Below are positions 1 to 12,339 of a DNA stretch of 64,000 nt, piece after piece. The notes under the pieces were generated by a model. That model was not told the origin of the DNA, did no database searches, and saw nothing but the letters and a program-made list of their open reading frames with translations. This stretch comes from Trichoplax adhaerens (Eukaryota; Animalia; Placozoa). Location: contig NW_002060959.1 of the NCBI RefSeq assembly GCF_000150275.1, positions 122,371 to 186,370 on the forward strand, written 5' to 3'. Made by a program: the position numbers and the translations under genes. Within the stretch, counting starts at the first letter, position 1; the number at the start of each line of letters is the position of its first letter.

Positions 1-105
1 TAATTTGTATCAATTTGATTTCACCATAAATCTATCTCTCTGATAAATATTCTCTTTGTAAGTAGCTACGTAGTAACTAAATTACCTGTTGTATCTGTTA
101 TTTAG

Positions 106-3100
106 GTCGAAAACCGAAAAACTCTGAAGATATTAAAAAAGACACAGGTAATTACAACTATAGGCACATTTTAATGCTATTATGGGTTCATCACAATTTT
201 AAGAACATTAGTTATCCTTCTATGGTCGTTACAATTTAACTATTATTAGGATTTGTCAAACTTTACTTAAAGTTATATTTATGCAAGATATTTAGCCGTA
301 CAGATACTGTAACATGAAATGAATACATTCTAGCTAGTGATTGTAACTTATAGTAATTAGGTAATAGAGTCACAACCTACATAAAACTATCACAAATTTA
401 ACTTCATTGCGTGGTGATGACTATTATTGTATTATCAATGCAGCTTTTCACTTAGTATATAAGATCAAATCTTACCGATACATAAATTTTCATATAAGTC
501 AAACACAATAACATTTCACCTACAAATAATCAAAGCTGAATTGACACCTTTTGAGTAAGCATAATCGATTAATTAGTTGTTTTTAATAATTAGTGTTGCT
601 TACCAATGTTTCCTAGATCATTTTATGTTATTCTTCTAAAAGCAAGTCTCATAATAACATATTAAGTTGTAAGGCATAAATTTACATCTAAGAGCGTCAC
701 TGCGTTGTGACACAAGTATATGAGGAAAAGCAATCGATTAATTACTCGGTTTCTTGGTAATTGTGATATATACCAATCACGAGATTCCAAATTTTAGAAA
801 AAATAAGGGCTTTATTGAATCTTATACAAAGATTAACTACACACAGCTCTACTCTAGCCGAATACTACTACTAAAGACTTCTACAACGAACTAACAGAAT
901 AATCTAAAGTTGTATGCTTTTATATTTTTGTCACAAATCCCACTTATGATTTGGTTAGGTCAGGTGCTATAGTAATTGTGTGTGTCTTTGTCACACACCA
1001 CTAGTGACAAAGTAGTCTACACACGCCAATCCTTGCGGAGAACGCCACTTACTAACTTAAAGAGGCGAGATTAGCTATATCACCAAATGATTCAGTTCCA
1101 ACAACCGAATACTATGGTATAATTATAGCGTCACAGATGATGTAGACGAGATAGTCAGAGATTTACTATCATTTATTACTGAAGGAATCTTGGCACCCAA
1201 GATTATAGTCTTTACAATTAAATATCAATTGAAAAACTAGTTGACTATCTAACCGACTAACGAACTAAAAAGGAATCTTCAGGCACCAGCCTTTTATAGT
1301 CTCGTCAGAAACTCCTGGTAATCCGCATGGCAACCTTTTACCTTATATTACACATAGTTAAATTATTTTTAGTAAGACTACTCTACTGCGGACCATCATT
1401 AATCCAATATGGATACGACTACAGTACTTACGTAGACATCATTCACACCAGCATCAGTACAGTACAATGAATTAACCATATCCTAATATATGATTTACAG
1501 TTCTATTTTTACCTATAGCCTTGTTAGTAACTCAACAGCTTACTGTATATAGTCATCTGTACTCTAGCATAGAGTCTCTATCACTACAGTCTATAGTTAT
1601 AGCTACCAAATATCTCTTAGGATAAATATCTACTGTACATTATACTAAACATGGCTAACAGTCTACAATCACAATACTAAGTTACATTACAGTAATCTAC
1701 ATGCTATTTTTCATTTTTGCTTCCAGTAAGGCTCAATAATGAGTAATGTAAAGATCGTCTTGGATTCGTATTCCATAAATGCAAATGTAATAAAACCTGT
1801 TCTACTAGCTGCATTTAGACTGCAAGGAATAAAAAGATAGCTTAGTTTTATTACTGATACTCTAACAATCGAAATACTAAGTAATAGTACAATAGGCTCT
1901 GACAGACATAGAAAAATTTGTTACAACAGCAGATTTTTGAAACAAAGACTTAAAATAATAATAACAGAATAAAATAACTACTTAAGTACGTTCCCTAACA
2001 TGTTTACAACGTAAAGATTGCAAACAATAACTCTTAATACTTACACAATCTAGTATGAGAACGAAGTTTTATGACTAGAATTAGATTTTATAACTGAACT
2101 AACAGCCTCACTACAAGACTATTCTATAGTAGACATTGCAGTAATTTTGGTGCGTAATAAATAATTGATTTCTATTCTGTTTGCATACGGAACTGCAGAC
2201 TATGCTTCTAAGTCAAAGTCTAATCCAGGCGCCATATCTTTTTTCATGATGCATATAACAAATGTTATAGTTGATAGGTTCCTAGACTGAAAAATGTACA
2301 ATATCATCTGAAACGTTTGTAACAATTAACTTGATATTTTTCTTATGAAACACGTTTACTGTTAACAGGAATGGATACCACTGATAGCCAAAAGAAAAAT
2401 CAGCGTAAGTTGTTTAAAATATAACGGTAGATAAAGGCTCCAATTAAAATGCCTTTGCTCCTTCTTATCAAGAGATTTATATTTAAAATGGTTGCTATCT
2501 ATGAATTAGGAGTATTTATAAGTTATAGCTGGAGTGATAAAGCGGATGTCCGATATGTAAAAGAATTCTTGGAAAGCAAAAATATTTCCTGTTGGATAGA
2601 TGAAGAGAAAATCTACGTGGGAGATGAACTTCACCCTGTAATAGCGAAAGCTATCATGTCGTCTGAGGTATGAAGGCACATTTTAATCTTATAAATATAT
2701 CCTCTTATCCGTTATTGCGACGAAAAACAGGTTGAGCAAGGCAAAATTTAAGCAAATACTGGTATATTGTCATATTAACCGAATTACTCGTACCTTCCAT
2801 TGTTAATTCGAAAATGAGATACAATAAATAGAACTTAAATTTTACGTCAAGAATAGACTGTGGCAATATTTCTCAATAAGATGTAGAGGAGATACAATTA
2901 AATCGACACAGGACATAATGAAAGATTCGAAATTTTAATATATTCCTGTATAGAGACTGTTTTTTGATTCTGTAACTGTAAAGTTAATTATGATAGTAAA
3001 ATTTTTAGATATACTTTTCACTTCATTTACAGATTAATTGTTGATTTATAAATTTCGTAGTTATAATACATTTTTAGATTTTGTTGTAGTGGCTTATTTT

Positions 3101-3762
3101 CAAAATAGAACTTTAATTCAGAAGTGAGTTATGATCTTAAAGTAATTATAAGATTCTGCTCTCTAATTATCTCGATATTATCTTTCATAGATGTTTATGC
3201 CGTTTTTGAGCAAGAATTACGCAAATTCATACAATTGTTACCTGGAATTTAATTACGCACATTTGCATCAAAAGACAATAAAACCTGTCATCATCAAAGA
3301 TATTGATCCAAAGAAGGATTTGATAAGTTCAGATGGCAAGAGAGATTTCTATTTTTTAATTAGTACTAAGGTCTACACTAAAATTCTTCGTCAAAAACAA
3401 ACAGATGATGAATTCAAGAAAAATTTAGAGAAACTATATGGTACTGTTAAACAAAGAAATACGGGTCATTACATTTGTAACATGATTTGTGTATTCTAAG
3501 TATCCGTATAAGAAATATTCTAATCACTTGCGTTTGCTTTAAATGATCTTTAAGTAGCAGTATGAGTGGTAAAGATCATAAAATATCGTCATGCAAAAGT
3601 ACTTATTTTCACCGAGCTATAAATTTGACAAATATAAATTTATGTTATATCTTGAAATTTTAGAAAGTATCGTCAAACCTAAGCCAGAGACCAAATCGAG
3701 TCAACAACAACTTAGCCCTGCGAAAGACGAAGTTGACAAGATGGATACAGAAACGGCTCCAG
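106..3762 (+). CDS. TIR_2-domain protein, partial; exons 106-147, 2369-2404, 2510-2667, 3191-3440, 3664-3762; 5' and 3' ends not identified
   Basis: AG/GT sites join in frame. The spliced product RVFISYSWSDK..CWIDEEKI..AIMSSE|MFMPFLSKNYANSYNCYLEFNYA..IKPVII shows the TIR_2 motifs FISY, WxD and SxxCxxE. The flanking 42, 36 and 99 nt exons are symmetric phase-1 linkers; the 106-147 exon is the least certain. Confidence 0.82.
762..1691 (-). mobile_element. Solo LTR (family A) with ~390-bp internal insertion, in TIR gene intron
   Basis: Reverse complement aligns closely to 23058-23607. TG...CA termini; 5-bp target site duplication GTAAT at 757-761 and 1692-1696. Confidence 0.85.
929..1319 (-). 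mobile_element. Probable 3' part of an unrelated LTR nested in the family A LTR
   Basis: Absent from the 23058 and 58613 copies. The minus strand reads TATAAAAG ... AATAAA ... TGTGACA; no TSD seen. Confidence 0.45.
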
Positions 3763-4569
3763 GTAAATTATAACTCATGTATTTTCTCAGTAAATAACAG
3801 AATAGTAAAGTGATGATAAATTTATGCTTCGCGCCTTTCAAAACAACGAATATATGACAATAAACATCTGAAACTAATTCTTTCATTTTCACTTCATGAA
3901 TCACTCTACTCAATTTCATTAATCTATTGATAATTTCAGCAAAAATAATTTCTTAGTATCTCAGTTACAGGATATTAATTGTAACTGTAGAAATCTTTGT
4001 TTACTGAAGAAAGGTTAATAATTATAATTAATTATTTACTTTTGGGGTTGAAGGGCGTTATTAGATTTATTATACTACCGTTTGAGAAAGTATGCTTTAC
4101 AGACTTTTATAATTTTCTAATCTGTAATATTATTGCCAATTTAGCATTGTACTTACTTCTTATTTACTTCTTATCCAAAATCTATCTAAGTTAAGTAAAT
4201 TTTGATGATAACATAAAGAAAATTATCTTAACTCCACTCCTATTTTAACTACCCTATTTCGACGTCATTTATTGATTCTACTGACTATTGATTTACCAAA
4301 GATCAGTATAAATATAGTTCAAAATACGAAAGGTACCAACTACTCTGTAGACTAATAACACATTTGAAACGTGTAGATTACGTACTAGTTGCTATTAAAT
4401 CATTCCTAATAACCTCACAGCTATCATGGTAAAGCTAAGATAGCGGATGCTTATACTCTGTAACTGAAAACTTCTTCAGGAGGATATCCTAAACTGTTAA
4501 TAGTACCTCAAATGAGTTGTTAATCTAGTTAAATACTAATTAAGTAATATTTTAGAAGTTATTACTTGG

Positions 4570-5237
4570 GAATTCTACTGTGCATCATTTATGAAAGTAC
4601 ACATCATACAAAAGCTCAGACACAATTTACCTACGATTTCTGTACAGAGCGCTATAAATTTAACAAACGAGCTACATATCACAGTAGATCAATTTTTATT
4701 ACATTTTTTTGGCAATTAAACTTCAAGAAAAACTATCAGTTAATCTATAAGATAGATTTCTGTCGTTAGCGTAAACAGAGTATGCTTCATTACCGGGTAC
4801 GGAAATGGAGCAGCAACTGCTGTTCTTCCTATTCTAAATCGATTAAATTACTCAATTAGTCCGTTAATATGAAAGTATAACTCTTAAAAAATCGAGTCTA
4901 GTCTCATTGTAGGACTAGTTACTATAGATAAGTAGAATAGAACTAGCGCTATCAAAATTAAACATTTCTTAACATCGAACTCAGTTTTGGGTTATACCGT
5001 TATGCCCAGAATTCTACTGTGCATCATTTCTGAAAGTAAATATCGTACAAAGCGCAGACACATTTTACCTACGATTTCTGTACAGAACGCTATAAATTTA
5101 ACAAGCAAACTATGGTATAACGATAGATCAGTTTTTTTTACCTTAAACACTTTTTCTAGTAAGTAAACTTTAAGAAAAACTAATAGTTAATCTATAAAAT
5201 AAATTTCCGTCGCTAGCGTAAATAGGGTATGCTTCAT
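4570..5237. repeat. Direct repeat of ~225 bp (4570-4790, 5009-5237); diverged partial third copy at ~6381-6490
   Basis: Shared gaattctactgtgcatcattt...cctacgatttctgtacaga...tatgcttcat. Confidence 0.85.
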
Positions 5238-5776
5238 AGTCGAAGCTTCTAAAAGGATAGTGTTTTGCTACGGTTTTTAAATTTTAATCCAAAAAAGCCA
5301 TCTATCGATCTTTCTTTAGAATAGGCAATTGTTAACATTTTTCTACTTATCTACGTATTTGAGATACAAAATTTGTTCATTATAGTATAGCTCATACAAA
5401 ACATATTAAATATTAGAATATATACCATCACAAAATCCTATACCACATTACTGAATATAACGCGATCAACTTTTCAATAATGAACTACTTAAAAACTTTT
5501 CTATAGTAATCGATACGAAAACTTGTGAGAAACAATAGCGATATGTCGTTTTGACAAGATGAAATAAGGATTAGCATCATATCCTATATTATATGTCGTA
5601 ATCGTAATCTAACTATATCCATTATAAAGACAATGAAAGACTTTATTTATAGTCCACAAATTACGGTAGATTTTCAATTTATAAGTTTGACATTTATGCA
5701 GACCAATGGTATATTAGAATGCACGGGTAATTGCAACTATAGAAACATTTTAATGCTCTCGTGGATTCAGTCAATT

Positions 5777-5826
5777 NNNNNNNNNNNNNNNNNNNNNNNN
5801 NNNNNNNNNNNNNNNNNNNNNNNNNN
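5777..5826. other. Assembly gap (50 N)
   Basis: Run of N. Confidence 1.
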
Positions 5827-6774
5827 CGAAGCTTCTAAAAGGATAGTGTTTTGCTACGGTTTTTAAATTTTAATCCAGAAAAGCCATCAAACGATCTTTC
5901 TTTAGAATAGGCAATTACTAACATTTTTCTACTTTTAATGAAATGAAATATGTAGAGATCAAGCTACAAAACTTTAACAAACTTTCATTCTACTTTCGTT
6001 GCACTCCGGCCGACTTAACGCTAATACTTTGACAACAAATAAAATTTGGGGAAATAAACGAACAACAATTTATTACAAAACAAAAATGGAGAGAAGTATA
6101 AACCGAACAACCTTACAAATACTTAGCTTTAAGTATTATTAAAATAAATGACAGGCTTAAAAACTGTCAACGACCAAACAACCTTTCAAAAAAGAAGAAC
6201 GTTCTAACTTACGACAATTCGACCCCGAAGGCCTTTTAAATTCAACAAGTTCTTCAAGTAAAATCTTCTACTCTCCTTCTAAATTTTCTAGTTGCACTAT
6301 CATTTATAGGCTTCGTAGAACCGTCTGATGTATTTAAAACTAAATATATGCTAACCAATTGCTCTTAAGATCCGTTTTAGAAAACTACTTTGCATCATTT
6401 AAGAAAACAAAAATCACTCATAGTTCAGACACATGTTACCCTACGATTCCATTACAAAACACTATAAAACTAACAAGCTAACTATAAAAATGCATCAAAC
6501 TTCACTTCTAACTTAATTTCTATCATTAATACACTATAAAAGTCTAAAAATCAACCTTTAAACATCAAGATTTAGTCATAAAAACAACAGTTTAACTACT
6601 TAACAATCAACACAACCTCTACCAATTTCCATCTTATTTTCTATTTTCCTCACTAAATTCTCCTAATGTGACTTCGCAGTCACGTCATAAAATTCCAAAG
6701 TTTTAAATTCATAACAAAAAGTCCAAATTTCAAAAATCAACTCTTACGATATTTTTCATGAACAAAAATCCCCC

Positions 6775-6844
6775 AAAATTAAATTAAAACAGAAAAATTA
6801 TATCAGACAAAAATTAAATTAAAACAGAAAAATTATATCGGACA
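6775..6844. repeat. 35-bp tandem duplication (2 copies, 1 mismatch)
   Basis: aaaattaaattaaaacagaaaaattatatc(a/g)gaca x2. Confidence 0.9.
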
Positions 6845-7751
6845 TAAATCTGACCGGTTCCGGAATCCGAATCCGAAAAATTCGGTTTTTATAAAGATCA
6901 CAGTAATCGCTTATCGAAAAAATTTATATGACTATTACGACTACTTTTCTGACATTAGTATCGCTGAGTATTCGCGAGTATTGACAGTTGATGTTTTAGC
7001 GTCAGATTGTACGGTGACTGTATGATTATAGACTACATTACAGTACTTTATCGTCATGTTATAAATCCCCTTTCTCTAAGGATAGGGTATTACTACTAAG
7101 TCAAATTCCTTTACAATTTGAATATACGATCAAACGCCCTTTCTTTAGATTAGGCAATTGCTCTCGGGCTATTTCTATAGTAATCTATATAATGCCTTGT
7201 AAAATAATGAAGAAGAAAAGATGGCGACATGATGATTTGGCAGGGTAAAACTTAAAAACACTATCACTTTCTAGGTATTTTCTATAGTAAAATAGTACTA
7301 GTTACATACCAAAAAGCTATAAAGTACTCTACTTTTAGTCCTTTACTACATACTTATCTACGTATTTAAGATACAAAATTTGTTCATTATAGTGTAGTTC
7401 ATACAAAACATATTAAATATTAGAATATATACCATCTCAAAATCTTATACCACATTACTGAATATAACACGATCAACTTTTCAATAATGAACTATTAAAA
7501 AACTTTTCTGTAGTAATCGATACGAAAACTTGTGAGAAACGATAGCGATATGTCGTTCTGACAAGGTGAAATAAGGATTAGCATCATATCCTATATTATA
7601 TGTCGTAATCGTGTTCTAACTATATCCATTATAAAGACAATGAAAGACTCTATTTATAGTCCACAAATTACGGTAGATTTTCAATTTATAAGTTTGACAA
7701 TCATGCAGACCAATGGTATATTAGAATGCACGGGTAATTGCAACTATAGAA

Positions 7752-7801
7752 NNNNNNNNNNNNNNNNNNNNNNNNNNNNNNNNNNNNNNNNNNNNNNNNN
7801 N
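7752..7801. other. Assembly gap (50 N)
   Basis: Run of N. Confidence 1.
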
Positions 7802-7947
7802 TCTACGGTAAGCCAGAATGATGAATTAGTCAAGCATGTAATCCGTCAGGCGGGTAGAATACTTGCCTTGAATACGATAACTGAAATTCTTTATTAGGTA
7901 TAATACCAGAAAGGTCCAATCTGTCGAATGATATTTCGCAAACTTAC

Positions 7948-10900
7948 CGGTAGTGAAGTTTTAGTCAAGAATGCAGAAGGATCAATGTTTACTCCATTCA
8001 TGTACAACTGACCAAGAGTTGTAAAAAATAGTTCTCGATTGCGAGGGTTATCCTTTCGCATAGTTTTCATTATTGTGCAAGTTTTACTCATAGAGCGCTT
8101 CAACACAGCTTGAAGTAAATGATGCGGGCTAATTTCTATTACTATAGCATCTTCTGGTACTTTCTGCATAGCATCGTAAAACAATACTGGACTTACTAAG
8201 TTATTAACATAGTAATCTGCTCCAGCGTATTTTGCAATGTCTTCATGTAATTTAGATTCTGGTACTGAAGAGCTAATCCAGCGAGATGAACGAAGCTTCG
8301 GTTGCGTAACAATTTTCTCAACAGCAGCTTTGAGAAATGGTGCAGCTTTCTTGATATAGTGAGAGTGAAAGGCTACACCTGCTGTCTCTACTTTTTTGGC
8401 AAAAATTTCTAATTATAGAAAAATGAAATATTTTGAGGTACGAGATAAATCAGCAATGTCAAGTCAACTAAACAAATTTATCCCAATTTATGACTTATCT
8501 ATCAAAGATTGTAATCATATCAGTAGGGTTAAAGTGTTTACATCTATCTATTGCTATTAGCTAACCTTCAGATTTTAATTGTTTGACAACTTCTTCCACT
8601 TTATCTGGATCACCCGAGATAGTAACAGTTTTTTCTGCGTTATGACATGCAGCTACAACATCATCTGGACAACGCTTTTTCGCTTCTGCCCATGTTAATC
8701 CGACAGCAGCCATTGCACCTTTCTCTAATTTAGCATCTAAGATAGATTGACCTCTCCAGTAGCCAACCTGCACTGCTTCTTCTAGTGTCAGTGCTCCATC
8801 AGCATAACCACAAGCTACTTCACCGGCACTATGACCGAATAGACCTATAAAAAAATATCAAAGTTTGATGTTTAAAACTACTGCTAGTTTACATATAGTC
8901 TACATCATTAGCATCCAATAATAAGCTTCTAGTTTTATGTACTATGATTACAATATTGAATTGGAACAAATTGCCTTAATTTGATATACTTTTATCTATA
9001 AGACTGTTATGTAATAGCTTCTACGTACCATCTGGTTCAAGGCCGCAAGCCTTCAAACAATCGACTAATGCCACTTGTATGACTACTAGCCCAGTGAATG
9101 AGTTTCGGACATTTTCAAATGTGTCTTGATCACTATTTAGTAACAGATCCATTACATCCAATCCTGTTGGGAGTAACACTTCACGTGCTCTTTCAATACT
9201 CTCGCGAAATACTTCAAATTTCATCATATCTCGACCCATCTTAGCCCAGTGGACTCCCATACCTGAAAACACCCACCATACTGGACGCTTACTTGTTGGT
9301 GCAACATCAACATCTTGGATAGCATTTTCTGAATTTAATATTGTGAAACCACGTTGAGGATGATAATTGCTGGCAGTGGGTGTATCGGACATGCTATTTA
9401 GGAGATTGATTAAATCAGCTTTATCATGGTGTTGATTAGCAAGTTCACATAACTTCTCCACGCTTTCTTTTGTACGACCAGAGCATAGTGCTATGGATAA
9501 ATTGTTACTTATTGTTAATTGGCTGTCCTCTTCATGGAAAATTCTCGGTTTCAGCACGGCATGAGAATTGGCACCACCAAATCCGAACGAGTTCACACCG
9601 ACATAGCCATCTGAAATTAGAGACGACCTCATGTTAATAATCACTACTTATCTGAACTGGTATCACTAATGTAAAAAGTCTATCTTATTGACGGTGTAAT
9701 CGATCAACTCATTGGTATGGCATCTTGTTTGCATAGACAAGTATCGATGAGTATACTATGTATAGCATGTATTGACCTGGAAATGGTGTATTTTCTGTAA
9801 CGACTTTCAAACGCCCATCTAGCAATCCTGGAATGTCAGGATTGGGATTTTTGTAGTGCAAATTAGCAGTTAAAGTGCCATGTTGAGTGCATGCGAGTAC
9901 TTTAGCAACAGCTGCTAATCCAGATGCAGGCTCACTATGTCCCATATTGGATTTGACGGTCCCAATGAGTAGAGGTTTATTACCACGGACCTCGCCTGCA
10001 AACATATCACAGATTGAATTGACTTCTTGTGGATCACCAGCTTTGGTACCTGTTCCATGAGCTTCAACGTAACTAACATCACCAGGATTGATACCAGCTT
10101 CATTGTAGATTTCCTTTAATAGGCGAAATTGTGCTCTGCCATTGGGAAATGTAACACCCTGCTCCTTGTATCCGTCACAATTGGATTTAGTATAGGGGAC
10201 GGTGGCATAAATACGTTTGGCAACGCTTTTCTTTAGTAAAAGTACTGAAATGATACCTAAATATCGAATTATTGTGATATTTTAGACAAGGATATGCAAT
10301 TTGTAGGTGATAGAACATCATGCAAGAATGGTGATAATATGTAGGGTATTAGAATGGATCCTATTCTCGAGGTTACGGTAGCTATTGAAAATATTGAAAA
10401 TTACCTTCAGCACGACAGTAGCCATTACTACCAGCATCGAATGCTTTACACGAGCCATCATGCGATAACATTCCAAATTTATGAAATTCCAAGCCAGTAT
10501 TGGGTTTGAAATCACAGCATACCCCGCCAACAATTGCACCTTCACAACATCCCATCCTGATTGATCGTACACCTTGATCGAAAGCGATTAACGATGAAGA
10601 GCAAGCAGTATCGACAGCGAAACTAGGCCCTGTATCAACAAAAGCAAAGATTGTTTTCAACTTTGAAGGCAATATCGGTCTAGTTCAGGCTGTTTTAATG
10701 GCAGTCACAATGGCTATTCTATCATGTGTACTATTTATTACCATCATTCATTGACTTATTTACTGGAACAAGACTGTCTAACGCGTTTTTGTTCACAATA
10801 CATCTATATATATACATTACGCTATGACTAATGAATGAATCCTTGCCTTCAAGGAAAACAAATTTACGTAGTAGACTTACCGCCAAAATTGAAGTAGTAT

Positions 10901-11355
10901 GATACTCGATTGGCACACATGCAGGCATGGCAGCCAGTCGCACTGTAGCCTATCTGCGATTCTGCATCAGATTGGTAAGCGTGCAAAGCTTCGCTCAAGG
11001 TTTCTCCTACAAAGACACCGTAATTTTTGCCGCGTAAGTTGTAAGGATTGAAACCAGCATCGACAATCGCTTCATAAGAGCATTCCAGCAGCATACGAAG
11101 TTGAGGATCCATGGTATTGGTTTGCTTGGGATGAATACCAAAGAAAGTTGCATCGAAAAGTTCGGGATTCTTCAATTTGCCATTACGCTTTGGTAATCCA
11201 TACAATCCAGGAGGCCATCGTCGGTCATCTTCGGTGACCATATCTTCAGCGTTGAATAAATGATCCCAAAATTCTTGCATGTTATTGGATTCAGGTAAAC
11301 GGCAAGAGATACCAGCAATAACAATTTCATCATCGTCGATGAGTACCGGCGCCAT
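7948..11355 (-). CDS. FASN: Animal type I fatty acid synthase, 5' part (KS-linker-MAT); exons 11355-10881, 10629-10405, 10256-9777, 9610-9029, 8844-8566, 8408-7948; rest lost at gap
   Basis: In-frame GT-AG splicing. KS motifs: [56 protein letters not shown] motifs: [34 protein letters not shown]. Confidence 0.93.
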
Positions 11356-11760
11356 CTGCAATAATTCAAACAATTTGCATGGTCAGCTAGTGTCGTTCAT
11401 GCTCAACCTTCAACTTAGTCAGATGATTGATCTACTGTCATTGAGGTGCGATAGACTAGATGCACTCTCGTATGATGAATCGACATAACTGCAGAGGGTA
11501 TATTGGTCTCATCATGCTCCATTGCTTCCGTCGTGATAGCCTGTCTTGGCGAGCTGGGTTGGCTTAGCAAGAAATTGTTTTACCATCGCTCGCTTTTTCT
11601 ACAAAAGCACAGCACTATCCTAGACATGTTTGCCCTAATCTGGTCTGTCCACACCGTAGAGGTATGGTGAAATAGGTTCTGTTTTTCAATCTCAATTCAA
11701 AACCGGAGTCCATCTCTGAATCGATTCACGGCTCTACAAGAGCTTCCTTCCTCGTATGCT

Positions 11761-12339
11761 CCCCGCCCTCCCCCAATTCAATTTTATTTTCTACCGATGA
11801 CGTACGTCAACATTTCCATTTTCAGGTATAGTGACACCCAGTGGCACCACGAGCGCACGACCGAAGGTCACGGTTGCACGAATGTCGCATAGAGTAATCA
11901 CGCCATTGATATCGGCGGTACTGGACAGTCTATTTTACTATGGTTTTACTACAGTTGGGTGACCATCACGCTAGACTGGCCACGCACAATAGTCGAGCCT
12001 TATGGTGGAGGTGACGCATTGAGTGGGTATGACTCGGTACTAGGAGAATGTGCCAGCCAGCATCCGTCTGACACCGTGCTCGGTACAATCTCCAACTGTT
12101 GATCAGTAGCTAGTGTTGAGTGTTGAGTGATTGCATGGCTAGTGGTTAAGTTAAGTATGCAACTGCGCTTGAACAGTACTGTCAAAAGAATAACGCTTGC
12201 TCTGTACTGCAAGATAGTGCAACGAGTAGAACATGATTTGGTCTCCAATGACTTTATAGCCATACCTTGCTTTAGTGGTGACGTAAGTCGTGTCACGTAG
12301 TCCACTACAAGACACGACCGTATTCTAAGGTCACTCCAC
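11761..12339. promoter_or_regulatory. Candidate FASN regulatory module: GC box 11761-11768, SRE-like ATCACGCCAT 11897-11906, TCACTCCAC 12331-12339
   Basis: Motif matches lie in a visibly GC/CpG-richer non-coding tract just upstream of the first FASN coding exon. Confidence 0.4.

Larger units (their letters stand above)
5241..7751. repeat. Near-identical ~500-bp duplication (5241-5744 vs 5827-5934 + 7351-7751) beside assembly gaps
   Basis: Direct alignment; the second copy carries an extra 5935-7350 segment. Explains the spurious twin ORFs at 5633 and 7640. Confidence 0.85.

Noticed and set aside
1191-1200. tggcacccaa as a tRNA primer-binding site
   Set aside because: Short imperfect match, on the opposite strand to the LTRs and not adjacent to an LTR end.
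5633-7897. Twin ORFs MKD(F/S)IYSPQ
   Set aside because: They arise from duplicated non-coding sequence, run through N gaps and have no domain similarity.
9915-11488. Alternative-frame and antisense ORFs over FASN (and likewise over the MFS genes, e.g. 44411-44815)
   Set aside because: Shadow ORFs of real coding exons.
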